Origin: Eledone cirrhosa
Taxonomy: Eukaryota
Direction of reading: 5' to 3'
Assembly: GCA_964016885.1 (NCBI GenBank)
Contig: OZ024742.1
Coordinates: 292,950,001 to 293,014,000 of the forward strand
DNA length: 64,000 nucleotides
A program made the translations under genes and the position numbers. Below the pieces are notes generated by a model. The model made no database searches and was not told the origin of the DNA. It saw only the letters and a program-made list of their open reading frames with translations. Positions 14,401-27,390 of this stretch are shown in pieces; within the stretch, counting starts at the first letter, position 1, and each line of letters opens with the position of its first letter.

Positions 14401-16606
14401 ACACAACTATATTACTGAGTCAAGGTGATAGCTTAATAGATATATCTAGTCATAAACACAACTATACTGAGTCAAGGTGATAGCTTAATAGATATATCTA
14501 GTCATAAACCAACTATATTACTGAGTCAAGGTGATAGCTTTATAGATATATCTAGTCATAAACACAACTATATTACTGAGTCAAGGTGATAGCTTAATAG
14601 ATATATCTAGTCATAAACACAACTATATTACTGAGTCAAGGTGATAGCTTAATAGATATATCTGGTCATAAACACAACTATATTACTGAGTCAAGGTGAT
14701 AGCTTAATAGATATATCTAGTCATAAACACAACTATTCTGAGTCAAGGTGATAGCTTAATAGATATATCTGGTCATACACACAACTATACTGAGTCAAGG
14801 TGATAGCTTAATAGATATATCTGGTCATAAACACAACTATACTGAGTCAAGGTGATAGCTTAATAGATATATCTAGTCATAAACACAACTATATTACTGA
14901 GTCAAGGTGATAGCTTAATAGATATATCTAGTCATAAACACAACTATATTACTGAGTCAAGGTGATAGCTTAATAGATATATCTAGTCATAAACACAACT
15001 ATACTGAGTCAAGGTGATAGCTTAATAGATATATCTGGTCATAAACACAACTATATTACTGAGTCAAGGTGATAGCTTAATAGATATATCTAGTCATAAA
15101 CACAACTATATTACTGAGGCAAGGTGATAGCTTAATAGATATATCTAGTCATAAACACAACTATATTACTGAGTCAAGGTGATAGCTTAATAGATATATC
15201 TAGTCATAAACACAACTATATTACTGAGTCAAGGTGATAGCTTAATAGATATATGTAGTCATAAACACAACTATATTACTGAGTCAAGGTGATAGCTTAA
15301 TAGATATATCTAGTCATAAACCAACTATATTACTGAGTCAAGGTGATAGCTTAATAGATATATCTAGTCATAAACACAACTATATTACTGAGTCAAGGTG
15401 ATAGCTTAATAGATATATCTAGTCATAAACACAACTATATTACTGAGTCAAGGTGATAGCTTAATAGATATATCTGGTCATAAACACAACTATACTGAGT
15501 CAAGGTGATAGCTTAATAGATATATCTAGTCATAAACACAACTATATTACTGAGTCAAGGTGATAGCTTAATAGATATATCTAGTCATAAACACAACTAT
15601 ACTGTGTCAAGGTGATAGCTTAATAGATATATCTAGTCATAAACACAACTATATTACTGAGTCAAGGTGATAGCTTAATAGATATATCTAGTCATAAACA
15701 CAACTATATTACTGAGTCAAGGTGATAGCTTAATAGATATATCTAGTCATAAACACAACTATATTACTGAGTCAAGGTGATAGCTTAATAGATATATATA
15801 GTCATAAACACAACTATACTGTGTCAAGGTGATAGCTTAATAGATATATCTAGTCATAAACACAACTATATTACTGAGTCAAGGTGATAGCTTAATAGAT
15901 ATATCTAGTCATAAACACAACTATATTACTGAGTCAAGGTGATAGCTTAATAGATATATCTAGTCATAAACACAACTATATTACTGAGTCAAGGTGATAG
16001 CTTAATAGATATATCTGGTCATAAACACAACTATACTGAGTCAAGGTGATAGCTTAATAGATATATCTAGTCATAAACACAACTATATAACTGAGTCAAG
16101 GTGATAGCTTAATAGATATATCTAGTCATAAACCCAACTATACTGAGTCAAGGTGATAGCTTAATAGATATATCTAGTCATAAACACAACTATATTACTG
16201 AGTCAAGGTGATAGCTTAATAGATATATCTAGTCATAAACCAACTATATTACTGAGTCAAGGTGATAGCTTAATAGATATATCTAGTCATAAACACAACT
16301 ATATTACTGAGTCAAGGTTATAGCTTAATAGATATATCTAGTCATAAACACAACTATATTACTGAGTCAAGGTGATAGCTTAATAGATATATCTAGTCAT
16401 AGACACAACTATATTACTGAGTCAAGGTCATAGCTTAATAGATATATCTAGTCATAAACACAACTATATTACTGAGTCAAGGTGATAGCTTAATAGATAT
16501 ATCTAGTCATAAACCAACTATATTACTGAGTCAGGGTGATAGCTTAATAGATATATCTAGTCATAAACACAACTATATTAGTGAGTCAAGGTGATAGCTT
16601 AATAGA
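14401..16606. repeat. Satellite A 55-bp monomers
   Basis: Same monomer and variants as 1-13008. Confidence 0.97.
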
Positions 16607-17415
16607 CTGGCAACTGAAGTTGGCTATGGACAAGTGTACCACCATGCATTTTGGGAGTAAAAACCCAGCATCCACATACTCCCTCCACAACACTGATATC
16701 AAGAAGTCCTCTTGTGAACATGACCTGGGCCGAGGGTGTCTTGGCATCACTCAGCAAGACCTTTGTTAGCCCCTCTCCAGCCCTCTATTTAAAACTGTAT
16801 ACAGCTATGGTACAACCACACTTGGAATTCGCATCATCAGTCTGGAACGCCTATCTTGCTCAGAACATTGACCTCCTGGAAGCTGTTCAGAGACGTGCAA
16901 CCAAGCGCATACTCTCCATCAGAGACCTACCATACTCTGAACACCTTGCTTCTCTGGGCATGGATTTATTGAAACTCCGACATCTGGCAATGTACTTTGT
17001 AAACACCCACAAAGTTATTAACCATCTCGCCAACAACAACCCTGAGCACCTTTTTGATCTCCATTTGTCTAACACACAGGGACATGCCTACAAAATCAGA
17101 AAACAGCACAGCTCCCATGACTTTCGGAAACATTTTTTCACGCTCAGAGTTGCTGAAGCATGGAACAAACTGCCTGCGTCAGTTGTTAGCTACCGAGACA
17201 CTGCATCCTTTAAAACCCTCATGCTTCCTGAAATACGCCAAAACTACACCTGATGTACCCCTTCCATACATATGCACACATGTGTATATCATGACTCATG
17301 CACTGTTCATTTTCCTGACGTTTGTACATTACCCTATGTACTATACATACACTTTTGATGAGTTGTAAAGCACCTGAGCACTGTACACAATATTTTCATC
17401 ATTATTATTATTATT
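16607..17415 (+). mobile_element. CR1/L2-type LINE 3' fragment, copy 2 (duplicate of 13009-13817)
   Basis: Identical ORF translations at offset 3598 and the same truncation point. Confidence 0.9.
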
Positions 17416-18045
17416 ATATATCTGGTCATAAACACAACTATACTGAGTCAAGGTGATAACCTGTAGTAGTAGATTATTAATAGATGTATCTGGTCATAGA
17501 CACAACTATATTACTGAGTCAAGGTGATAGCCTGTAGTAGTAGATTATTAATAGATGTATCTGGTCATAGACACAACTATATTACTGAGTCAAGGTGATA
17601 ACCTGTAGTAGTTTAATTATCAATAGATGTATCTGGTCATAGACACAACTATATTACTGAGTCAAGGTGATAGCCTGTAGTAGTAGATTATTAATAGATG
17701 TATCTGGTCATAGACACAACTATATTACTGAGTCAAGGTGATAACCTGTAGTAGTAGATTATTAATAGATGTATCTGGTCATAGACACAACTATATTACT
17801 GAGTCAAGGTGATAGCCTGTAGTAGTAGATTATTAATAGATGTATCTGGTCATAGACACAACTATATTACTGAGTCAAGGTGATAGCCTGTAGTAGTTTA
17901 ATTATCAATAGATGTATCTGGTCATAGACACAACTATATTACTGAGTCAAGGTGATAACCTGTAGTAGTAGATTATCAATAGATGTATCTGGTCATAGAC
18001 ACAACTATATTACTGAGTCAAGGTGATAACCTGTAGTAGTTTGAT
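17416..18045. repeat. 71-bp satellite variant, block 2; right edge of array A
   Basis: Same unit order as 13818-14400, then unique sequence. Confidence 0.93.
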
Positions 18046-18842
18046 TAGTATATTAGTCAGACAATGTACTTTTGGGGAATGAAACCAATTTTTATAAAAT
18101 TGTTCTTAAAATAGATTATTTATTCAGACACACACTTACAAAGTAATAATCACTTTGTGATAGATTTATTGGGGAAGGTGTAATTTACAACCTTGGGAAG
18201 TATATATCATAGTTAGTTAATAATTTAGCATTTTTTTTTTTTTTGGTTACAAAATGAAAAAGAAGTTATACAATGATGGAAATATTAAAAAGAAAGATAA
18301 AAACAAAATTAAGTAATGAGAAAAGGGGAAGGGGTAAAGAAGGGAAGATCTGACTGTAAGGGAAAGTAGAGGAAAGGACTATAAATGCCTAGGGTGATGT
18401 GTAATGTATGCTGCTCCCTTCCACATTCCCTTTCTTTCACTATTTAATTTTTTTCTCTTTCTTTTTTATTTTTTTTAAACTAGTTTTCTGTCTGAATTTT
18501 GTTACTCATTAATAACTCATTAAGTAGATAGACAGGTATCATGTATGCTATTTCTAGCATCATTGCCATCCTGTCACACATTCATTTGGTAGTCGAATGG
18601 TGGCCGTGATATTCAATACACTATGGTGTTTGAAAATAACAAGGTTCATATACTATCTATTGAATGTTTTCTCTCCAATGAAAGAATGTCTTCCAATATT
18701 GGCTGTTTTATTTTATTGGAATAATTAATACTGTTTCTTAATTCCAGAAACTGCAGTCAGCGAGAAGATAAGAGCAAAACTTTCTAATATTAGTTTGTTG
18801 AGCTTGTATTCCCTCTAATGGATGTTTTGGCATTAGATAAAC

Positions 18843-18990
18843 TATGCTATATAGAGAGAGCAGACCTCAGATCGCTGAAGCTCACAGTGGAGATGATGAA
18901 GGACCGTGACAAGTGGAGAGATGCTGTGCTGAATAGGACTTGTCCCACCCTTGCAAGCAGGGAAAAGTGGACATAAAATGATGATGATGA
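18843..18990 (+). mobile_element. Short RTE-type LINE 3' remnant with (GAT)n tail
   Basis: DLRSLKLTVEMMKDRDKWRDAV-like translation, then GGAAAAGTGGACATAAAATGATGATGAT followed by (TA)n. Confidence 0.6.
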
Positions 18991-19000
18991 TATATATATA

Positions 19001-19849
19001 TGTACTTATGGGTTTACCGAACATTTATTATAATGTTCGATTTGTTTGTAAAGAAACAGCCCGAATTAAGCCGTACAGTGATCGGCAACCATCGTTGCCC
19101 TTTTGTTCAACACTGACAAAGGAACGATGAACTAGTTTCTAGCTTATTAGCTGTGTATACCTGCGTATATCAGCACTGTATACCTTCCTGTCAATCGATT
19201 GAACGTTTGAAAGTATATACTTTCCTAATGCATATTAACGGCTGAGCACCCTAATTTGCATATCGAGTGAGTTAGTCGGCCGGGCGCACCGAAAATGATA
19301 AATGGAAAAAATGAAATTTCATTTCTCACTCTTAGTATGGCTGATACTTAAATATAAGTATGTATACGTACATACATATATGTATACAGACGTACAGTAG
19401 TATGTATATACATACATACATGCACACATATATATATATGTACGTATGGGTTTACCGAACATTTATTATAATGTTCGGTTTGTTTGTACGTCTGTATACA
19501 TATATGTATGTACGTATACATACTTATATTTAAGTATCAGCCATACTAAGAGTGAGAAATGAAATTTCATTTTTTCCATTTATCGTTTTCGGTACATCTG
19601 GCTGACTAACTCACTCGATATGCAAATTAGGGTGCTCAGCCATTAAAATGCATAAGGAAAGTATATACTTTCAAACGTTCAATCAATTGACAGGAAGGTA
19701 TACAGTGCTGATGACAGCTAATAAGCTAGAAACTAGTTCATCATTCCTTTGTCAGTGTTGAAAAAAAGAGCAACGATGGTTGCCGAACACTGTACGGCTG
19801 TATACATATATGTATGTACGTATACATACTTATATATATATATATATAT
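19001..19849. repeat. Fold-back element: inverted arms 19069-19396 / 19485-19799 plus a direct repeat 19001-19049 / 19439-19488
   Basis: Arms are reverse complements (AGCCGTACAGTG...CACTGTACGGCT); (TA)n on both sides. Confidence 0.9.
19705..19741 (+). ncRNA. Minimal type I hammerhead ribozyme motif
   Basis: GTG-CTGATGA-cAGCT aata AGCTa-GAAA-CTAG-TT-CAT; stem I GTG/CAT, palindromic stem III AACTAGTT, putative GUU site. Confidence 0.65.
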
Positions 19850-22800
19850 CCACTTCTACGAAATGTAATGTAAAGATACCATTTCTTCTTGTCTCCCAAC
19901 CCTTCGGTTCATTCATCCATATATCTGTATAATTGCCCAGAATCCAAATCCTACTTTCTCAATGCTATTCTATAATTCTGTCTGGCTGTTCTAAATAATC
20001 TTGTGTATTTTAATCGCTTGTTACTGTTTATTGCTTTATTTAAAACCTTTTCCTCGCTAACTACCCATACCCCTCTCACCCGCCCCACTCTTCCACCATT
20101 ATTATTTGGACCAATCATAAGTCAGCGGCCTATGCTATCACTTCTCCTGGTTGCTTTTTGATATGATGGATGGACTAAGGAATTTCTGGAGAGTCTGAAG
20201 TATCTGGACACTCGGAGACAATGCCAAAGATAACGACAAATTCACCTCATGCTGCCGGACGAAAGGGCAAGGACTCCTCTTTGTTTCGGCTGCGGATGGC
20301 CAACATAACCCCAACCCCATCCCCCTCACCCCTCCCCGCGCCCCACCCACCAAACGCAATCCAAAACTTCAGAGTTGGTACCATGAATGTAGGCACCTTA
20401 AAAGGCCGCTCTAACGAGGTTGTAGAAATGCTTGAACGTAAGGAGGTTGATGTTTGCTGTATCCAAGAGACTAGGTGGAGGGGGCGGGTCTGCTAGATTC
20501 ATTGTGGGTAAAAAACGATGCTAGAAGCTTTTCTGGGTGGGAAAGGACAATGGGCTGGGAGGGGTAGGAATCATGTTAGCAGAAAAATGGGTGGATAAGA
20601 TAATAGATGTAAATAGAGTGAATGACAGAATAATTAAAATAAGACTTGTTCTAAATAGAACTACTGTGACAGTAATATCTGCATACGCACCCCAATCCGG
20701 ACTGCCTGGCGCTATAAAAGACAGATTCTATGAGACACTGATGCTCACTACCTCGCAAATAACCGACAGTGACTATATAATTATTGCTGGCGACCTAAAT
20801 GGTCATGTTGGACAACATTGTGACGGCTATGATGGAATCCATGGAGGCTATGGGTTTGGTACTAGAAATGAGGAAGGCTCCAGAATCCTGGAATTCTGTG
20901 ACGCAAATAACCTAACTATCTGTAACACTAACTTCAAAAAATGAGACAATCACTTGATCACCTACAGATCAGGGGAACATACCAGCCAGGTAGATTATAT
21001 CCTTACCAGAAGACGTGACAGAGTGTCTGTTGTAAACACTAAATCCCTCCCCCATGAAGAATGCACGTCCCAACATAGACTGATAATTAGCGACCTCATA
21101 GTCAGGACGAGACGTACTCAACAACAGAAGAGGACTATCCTCAGGAGAAAAATATGGAAGCTAAAAGACCCCACAGCCGGTAATAAATTTAAAAGCATAT
21201 TACTTGATGCTTTCGACAGTAAGGAAGAGCAATTAGAGTCGTACAATATAGAGGAACAGTGGGAATTCCTGAAAGCAAACCTGCTGATGGCGGCAGATGA
21301 AGTCTGTGGCTGGAGCAGGCCTATAGGCAGGAGGAGAGTAACGTGGTGGTGGAACAGTAAGGTGGAGGAGTCAATTAAGGCCAAAAAGCAGGCTTGGAAA
21401 GTATGGCGGGATGGGGGAAGTAGAGAAGACTATCAGGTGGTTAGGAGAGAAGCTAGGTGACAAGTGTGCTTTGCAAGAAGGGAAGCAGAGGAAAGAAAGT
21501 TCAAGCATGTTCTACAACGCGAGGACCAAAACCGTGAGGTGTTCAGGATTGCTAGGCAATGTGTCAAGGAAAACCGTGATATTGTCGGGGAGAAGTGTGT
21601 CCTTAATGATGATGGCGTACTTGCCATCACTGACGCTGATAAGAATGTAGCTTGGAAGTATCACTACGAAAGGCTACTAAATGAGGAGAATAAATGGGAG
21701 AAAGACAGTCTCCCCCACATCGATCCAATAGCGGGACCAGCAGTGTTAGTCGAAGGTAGTATAATAAGTAAGGCAATCAAAGATATGAAGGTAAGGCGGC
21801 TGGGCCTTCGGAAATAGTTGCTGAAATGCTGAAAGCTTCTGGAACGGTGGGACACACCATGGTCACCCGGATAGTAAACCAAGTCATGCAGAATGGGGTT
21901 GTTCCGAAGGACTGGCGTAGCAGCATCATCATTAACTGCTACAAGGGTAAAGGAGATACCCTAGATAGGGGTAACTATAGAGGCATTAAATTAATCGACT
22001 AGGTCATGAAGGTCACAGAAAAAGTAATAGCGCAACTAATCAGAGAGCGAATTGATCTAGATGAAATGCAGTTCGGGTTTGTGTCAGGTAAAAGTACCAC
22101 AGACGCTCTTTTCATTGTACGACAGCTACAGGAGAAGTACCTAGCTAAAAGTAAACCATATACATAGCTTTTGTCGACTTGGAGAAAGCCTTTGACAGAG
22201 TCCCCCGTTCCATTATCTGGTGGGCTCTTAGAAAACTAGGTGTTGATGAATGGCTTCTGAGAGCTATACAAGTCATGTATAAAGAAATAGTCAGCAAGGT
22301 TAGAATTAACAACGAATATAGTGAAGAGTTTAGCGTAAAAGTTGGTGTTCATCAGAGCTCCGTTCTTAGCTCCCTACTATTTATTATTTCCCTTCAGGCT
22401 ATAACAGTGGAGTTCAATACCGGCTGCCCATGGGAACTCCTATATGCAGATGATCTAACGCTCATAGCTGAATCAATGGCTGAACTAGAGAAGAAATTCC
22501 AAACATGGAAGCCTGACCTAGAATCAAAAGGCCTTAAAATTAACCTGTCTAAGACTAAAGTTCTAGTTTGTAGGAAGGAAAATAGAGCACCGGTCCCATC
22601 CGGTGTGTAGGAAAGGAGTAGGTAGAAACTCCATTTTATGTCCCAAATGCAACGTATGGGTGCATAAAAGATGTAATGGGATCACAGGTAAGCTAACTAA
22701 GAACATAGATTTTACATGTGGCCGGTGATCTGGTGCAATAAGTAGCAGCAAGTGCCCACTCATTCCAGTGCGCAGAGGGTTCTATAGAAATAGTGGACAG

Positions 22801-23760
22801 CTTCCGTTACCTGGGTGACAAAATCAGCAGTGGGGGACGGTGCTCTGAAAGTACAGTAGCTAGAGTTAGAACGGGATGGAAAAATTTCAGAGAGCTTATA
22901 CCACTATTAGCCGCTAAAGGGTTCTCTCTAAAAATGAAAGGCAGGCTGTATGATGCCTGCATACGAACAGCAATGTTACATGGCAGTGAGACCTGGGCAT
23001 TGTGTGCAGAGGATATACGCAGACTGGAGAGGAACGAAGCTTGCATGCTCCGCTGGATGTGTAATAGTAATATACGTGAACGGCAAAGCATAAACAAACT
23101 AAGGGAAAAATTAGAAATAAGAGGGATCAGATGTTGTTTACTCGAGAGAAGACTACGTTGGTATGGTCACGTGATGCGCATGAAAGACGACAGCTGTAAA
23201 AAAAAGTGCAGGGCAATAAAAATAGATGGTAGCCACAGAGTAGGCAGACCCAAAAAAACCTGGGACGACTTGATAAATTCCGACCTCACACACTTATACC
23301 TCTCCAAGACAATGTCACTGGACCGAGATCTTTGGCGCTACACAATAATACAGAAGACCCGCCTTACCTAAGTACAAAGTGAAACCTACTACAGTCAGTA
23401 GGCACCTCTAACAAAAATACACCCCCGTCCCACTACCCCCACCCCATCCACACCACCCCTTTCAAAGTAAAGTTATGTTGTTACCACAATATCCAAGCCG
23501 AAACAAATGAGGTCGTGTAGGTGTCACGACAAAAAAACACAGTCCACGCTGTAATGTGGCCGTGTAGGTAACACAGAAAAAACCTCCCAGTCCACACTGT
23601 AAACGTGGTTGGTGTTAGGAAGGGCATCCAGTCGTAGAAAACCTGCCAGACAGTCCTATGCGAGCAAGACAACCACTCTTGCCCAAGTGGGAAAACTCCC
23701 GTCCAAACCCATGCAAGCGTGGAAGATGGACGTTAAACGATGATGATGATGATGATGATG
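19850..23760 (+). mobile_element. Near full-length decayed RTE-clade LINE (APE endonuclease + RT), with stops and frameshifts and a (GAT)n tail
   Basis: GTMNVGTL, CCIQETRW, SAYAPQSG, AGDLNGHVG, QVDYIL, EKAFDRVP, LLYADDL, FRYLGD, RLRWYGHVMR; tail GATGATGAT at about 23739-23760; (TA)n at both ends; 5' boundary approximate. Confidence 0.93.
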
Positions 23761-23914
23761 ATATATATATATATATATTTAATCCCATAACTCCTTGTGA
23801 AGTCGTAGAGGTACCGTCATAGGGTGTGTTTAGGGCACTTTTAAACCTTGTGGAGCCCAACCCTCTCCAGGTCTGAACACAGCCAATTTTTTCTATATAG
23901 GAAGAACCATCGCC

Positions 23915-24000
23915 AATACTGGACTGGTACTTTTTTTTATCGATCCCAAAAGGATGAAAGATAAAGTTGACCATGGTGGGATTTAAACTCAGAATGTGCA
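23915..24000 (-). mobile_element. tRNA-derived SINE fragment
   Basis: CTGGTACTTTTTTTTATCGA...GGATTTAAACTCAGAA matches the reverse complement of the SINE at 35217. Confidence 0.6.
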
Positions 24001-24173
24001 ATGAGGTGGGATGAATTAATATCATTGTTGTTTATTTTGAATTATAAATGCTCTGCTACTATAACTATTGACTCCTGAAGAACGAGGGGTAAAAGAGGCA
24101 TTGAGCTTAACTTATCTTACCAATGAATAGTGAATTAACACACTATAACCTCATATATTATATATATATATAT

Positions 24174-25320
24174 ATAACAAAGGAATTGTGGTAAGGAACC
24201 AGATGGACCATAACGCACCAGAGTACTCAATACTTAGGGTAGTAGAGTGGGAAATAGGAAAAAGTATGACCCCGACGGCAGAGCTCAAGCCGTTTCGACG
24301 GCTATTTCTGGACTACTTTTTTTTTTTTTATGTGTCTCGTTTGTCCTCCATATTCCTGAACCATGAGATTACTTCCTGGGTGCTGACCCATAGGCTAAGT
24401 CTCACATTTTGCTTAACTTTTGGTATCACTCGGTCTAGGATCTTTTTACTGATTCTCCCTATGTCCGACTTTGTTGGGTTTATAAGCCTAATGGATGGTT
24501 TGCAGTCGAAGTCAGATTTGTGGTCCTTCAGTGTGAAGTAAGGAGTCCGTGGGTCTAGGGGTTCAGTGCGGCGACCCCGAGGCTGGAGGTAATTTGTTGT
24601 CGATCTAGATTTATGTCCTCGATAATTGAATGGTTAGCCTTTTTATAGGTAGAGTTTAGGCTGCTCCTGATCAGTATATGGTATCTGTGAGGGTTGACGA
24701 AGTAGAGGTTTCCAGTTTTGTCCGAGTGCACCATGATGTCGTTGGTGTTTTCATATTCTGTTATTTTGCTGCGGAGTTGTTGTAGGAATCTGTTGTGTCT
24801 GGGTTTGAATTTAAGGCTCTTGACCAGGTGGAAAATGTCGTTCTCGAAGGATGAGAGCATAGGGTTCGGAGGAGGAGATTTGTAGGTATTGAATCCGAAT
24901 ATCTCCTTGGTGTCGAAGTCCTGATTGTCGCGGTATCTATCGTAGTAAAAAGTTCTCCATCTTAGTCTTTTCGCAAAAAAGGTCGATTTTTTGCGTGAGC
25001 ATCCGAAGGTAGAGTTTTCTCGGTGGGACTGGGATGTTCTTGGTGGAGAAGTCGATGTTGCATTTTCGCATCGTGCGGGTGAAGAAACTTGAGGTGGGTG
25101 GAAAAGTCGGGATATGGCGTGGTAGAGTCGGAAAGTGCTCTACTACAGAGATAGAAGCTAAATAACAAAGGAATTGTGGTAAGGAACCAGATGGACCATA
25201 ACGCACCAGAATACTCAATATTTAGGGTAGTAGAGTGGGAAATAGGAAAAAGTATGACTAGTCCAGAAATCGCCGTCGAAACGTCTTGAGCTCTGCCGTC
25301 GGGGTCATACTTTTTCCTAT
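24174..25320 (-). mobile_element. Penelope-like element fragment: N-terminal RT region with direct (24174-24270 / 25162-25258) and inverted (25260-25320) pseudo-LTR pieces
   Basis: Minus-strand FSTKNIPVP, SDKTGNLY, PYFTLKDHKSDF..IRLINPTKSDIGRISKKILD..WVSTQEVISWF; frameshifted; (TA)n flanks. Confidence 0.8.
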
Positions 25321-25330
25321 ATATATATAT

Positions 25331-25772
25331 AAGTTTCTTTTATTTGCCACTAGGGCATCAAAAGTGGGACAAGTACAAAGGGGGGAGTTTACACAAAAAG
25401 GCGTCCTCAATAAGGAGGAGGCAATAACAAAATATAAAAATAAAATAAGATATAACAAAAAATAAAATTTTTAACAAAATCCTCAATAGAGAGGAGGCGC
25501 CTTGGGGGGTCGCACACACCCCCGAAAAAAGTGTGCAACCCTTTTCCTCAGGAGCACAGAGAGGGGGTGCTCCCTCGTTCCTTCCTCTTTTCCACCTACA
25601 GGCTTATGTAAAGAGAAGGCCCATTCACACGGGCCATTCTCGCCACTTTCACCCACCTTTCATAAAAACGACTGGGGTGCAGCACCTCTCTCTCCATCCT
25701 GATCCTTCTTCCGAAATGATATCGGAAGAAACGGACCAGTTGTTGGCCAGAGAGAAAGGTGCCTGACCTCAG
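25331..25772 (-). mobile_element. Second, shorter 3' copy of the Tx1/L1 element at 2266-3886, sitting in a (TA)n tract
   Basis: TTCTTTTATTTGCCACTAGGGCATC... matches 2266-2703 with a few substitutions; TATATA on both sides. Confidence 0.92.
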
Positions 25773-25985
25773 TATATATATGTACGAGGTGAGTTTTATT
25801 GTAGCACAATAAAGCAATGCAAATATCGGATAAGTAGCACTCTACAGTTTGTAGGACTGGAGTATAAATAATATATATATATATATATATATAGTAATAA
25901 TAATAAATTTGAAGACTAAAATCCAAAGAGGGCTCGATAAGGATAAATATATATCAAATATATAAGAACCGTAGAGTAAATATTT

Positions 25986-26107
25986 AATAAAATAACAGAT
26001 TAAAGTTTAAGCAAAGAATCGCTGCTTTCACCCTTAACGGGACCTTCAGAAGATCCCGTTAAGGGTGAAAGCAGCGATTCTTTGCTTAAACTTTAATCTG
26101 TTATTTT
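25986..26107. repeat. Near-perfect hairpin (about 55-bp arms, almost no loop)
   Basis: AAAATAACAGATTAAAGTTTAAGCAAAGAATCGCTGCTTTCACCCTTAACGGGA / TCCCGTTAAGGGTGAAAGCAGCGATTCTTTGCTTAAACTTTAATCTGTTATTTT. Confidence 0.92.
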
Positions 26108-26116
26108 AATAAATAA

Positions 26117-26157
<41 letters not shown>

Positions 26158-26161
<4 letters not shown>

Positions 26162-26512
26162 AGTAACATTACAGGAGGCCAAATATGTTGAATTTCTTTA
26201 ATTTTTTTTATTACTTTAAACACTATGCACGTTTCAGTGGCCAGGTTGCGTAAGAACAGAGTCGGGCAAGCTATGTGGCAGCATATTACTACGTCCGTCT
26301 CTGGATCAAAAGCATAGCACACACTTTTCCATCTTTGTTTTTCTTTGCTTGTTTCCTTAAATCTTATCATCATACCGTTGGTATACATCTATTACACCTG
26401 ATGAGACCACCGGGTTCTTATGCAACCTGGCCACTGAAATGTGCATAGTGTTTACAGTAATAAAAAATTAAGGAAATTCAACATATTTGGCCTCCTGTCA
26501 TTTCACTTTATA
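26158..26512. repeat. Fold-back element, arms about 26158-26257 / 26414-26512
   Basis: ACAGGAGGCCAAATATGTTGAATTTC.../...GAAATTCAACATATTTGGCCTCCTGT; follows (TA)n. Confidence 0.9.
26394..26451 (+). ncRNA. Type I hammerhead ribozyme motif
   Basis: ACAC-CTGATGA-[gaccaCCGGGTT cttatgc AACCTGG ccact]-GAAA-TGTGC-ATA-GTGT; stem I ACAC/GTGT, putative AUA site. Confidence 0.75.
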
Positions 26513-26739
26513 TACATTTACTCCATTCCCGCACCACCAACATGATTTAACATTGAAGATGGATGATTTGTATAATGTTGAGTGCTTTTCTCATATTACA
26601 CCAGAATTAACATTGCAGAATGACCAATTCTACCCAGTGGTAAACCACCAAATTTAAACGTATATACTGATTGATTGATTGCAGCTCTTAATGTTTTATC
26701 ACACATCCTCTCTCTGAATTATCCTTTCCTTCACACAGA

Positions 26740-27390
26740 AGCAGTGTGCAGGAGAGAAGATTGCAGTGGTATGAAGTATGACAGCTGTATAAAAAGGTGC
26801 AGGGCACTCAAAGTTGATGGAAGCTATGGAATAGGAAGACTTAGGAAGACTTTGGATGAAGTGATAAAATCTGACCTTGCACAATTGCACCTCTCAAAGA
26901 CAGTGATACAGGATCGAGATCTCTGGCATTATGCAGTAATACAGAAAACTCGCCTTTCCATGTATACAGGTTGAAGCATACATCTAGTATGCACCACCTT
27001 CTCTTCCCTCTTCCATACACCTCCCATGTCCTAACACTCCACCCACATCCTAATGTTCCATCCATGTACTAACACCCCACTCTAGATCTACCTCTCCAAT
27101 CCCCATGCAATTCCACTATCCCAGCTTCCAGTCCACACTGTAAAGTGATTGTGTTGATGACATAACAAAAAGCACCCAGCCGACACTGTAAAGTGGTTGT
27201 GCAGGTCCCACAATAAAAAGTACCCAGTACACACTGTGAATGTGGTTGGCGTTAGGAAGAGCATCAAGCCATAGAAACCAAGCCAATATCAGTTCTATAT
27301 GAGTGAGACACAGCCATCTGATCTGGCTTGTCTCCCAACAGGACAACTCGTCTAACTTGTGGTAAAAATAGATGTTAAACAATGATGATA
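26740..27390 (+). mobile_element. RTE LINE 3' fragment related to 23150-23760
   Basis: DSCIKRCRALKVDG..GRLRKTLDEVIKSDL..DRDLWHYAVIQKTRL; 3' UTR with ACACTGTAAAGTG repeats; ATGATGAT tail. Confidence 0.85.

Noticed and set aside
1-18045. CRISPR-like regular repeats (also 49270-64000)
   Set aside because: No unique spacers and no cas genes; eukaryotic satellite DNA
26047-26080. CAGAAGA-TCCC gttaa GGGT-GAAA as a functional hammerhead
   Set aside because: The core is broken at the fold-back point and stems I and III are unconvincing; kept only as a remnant
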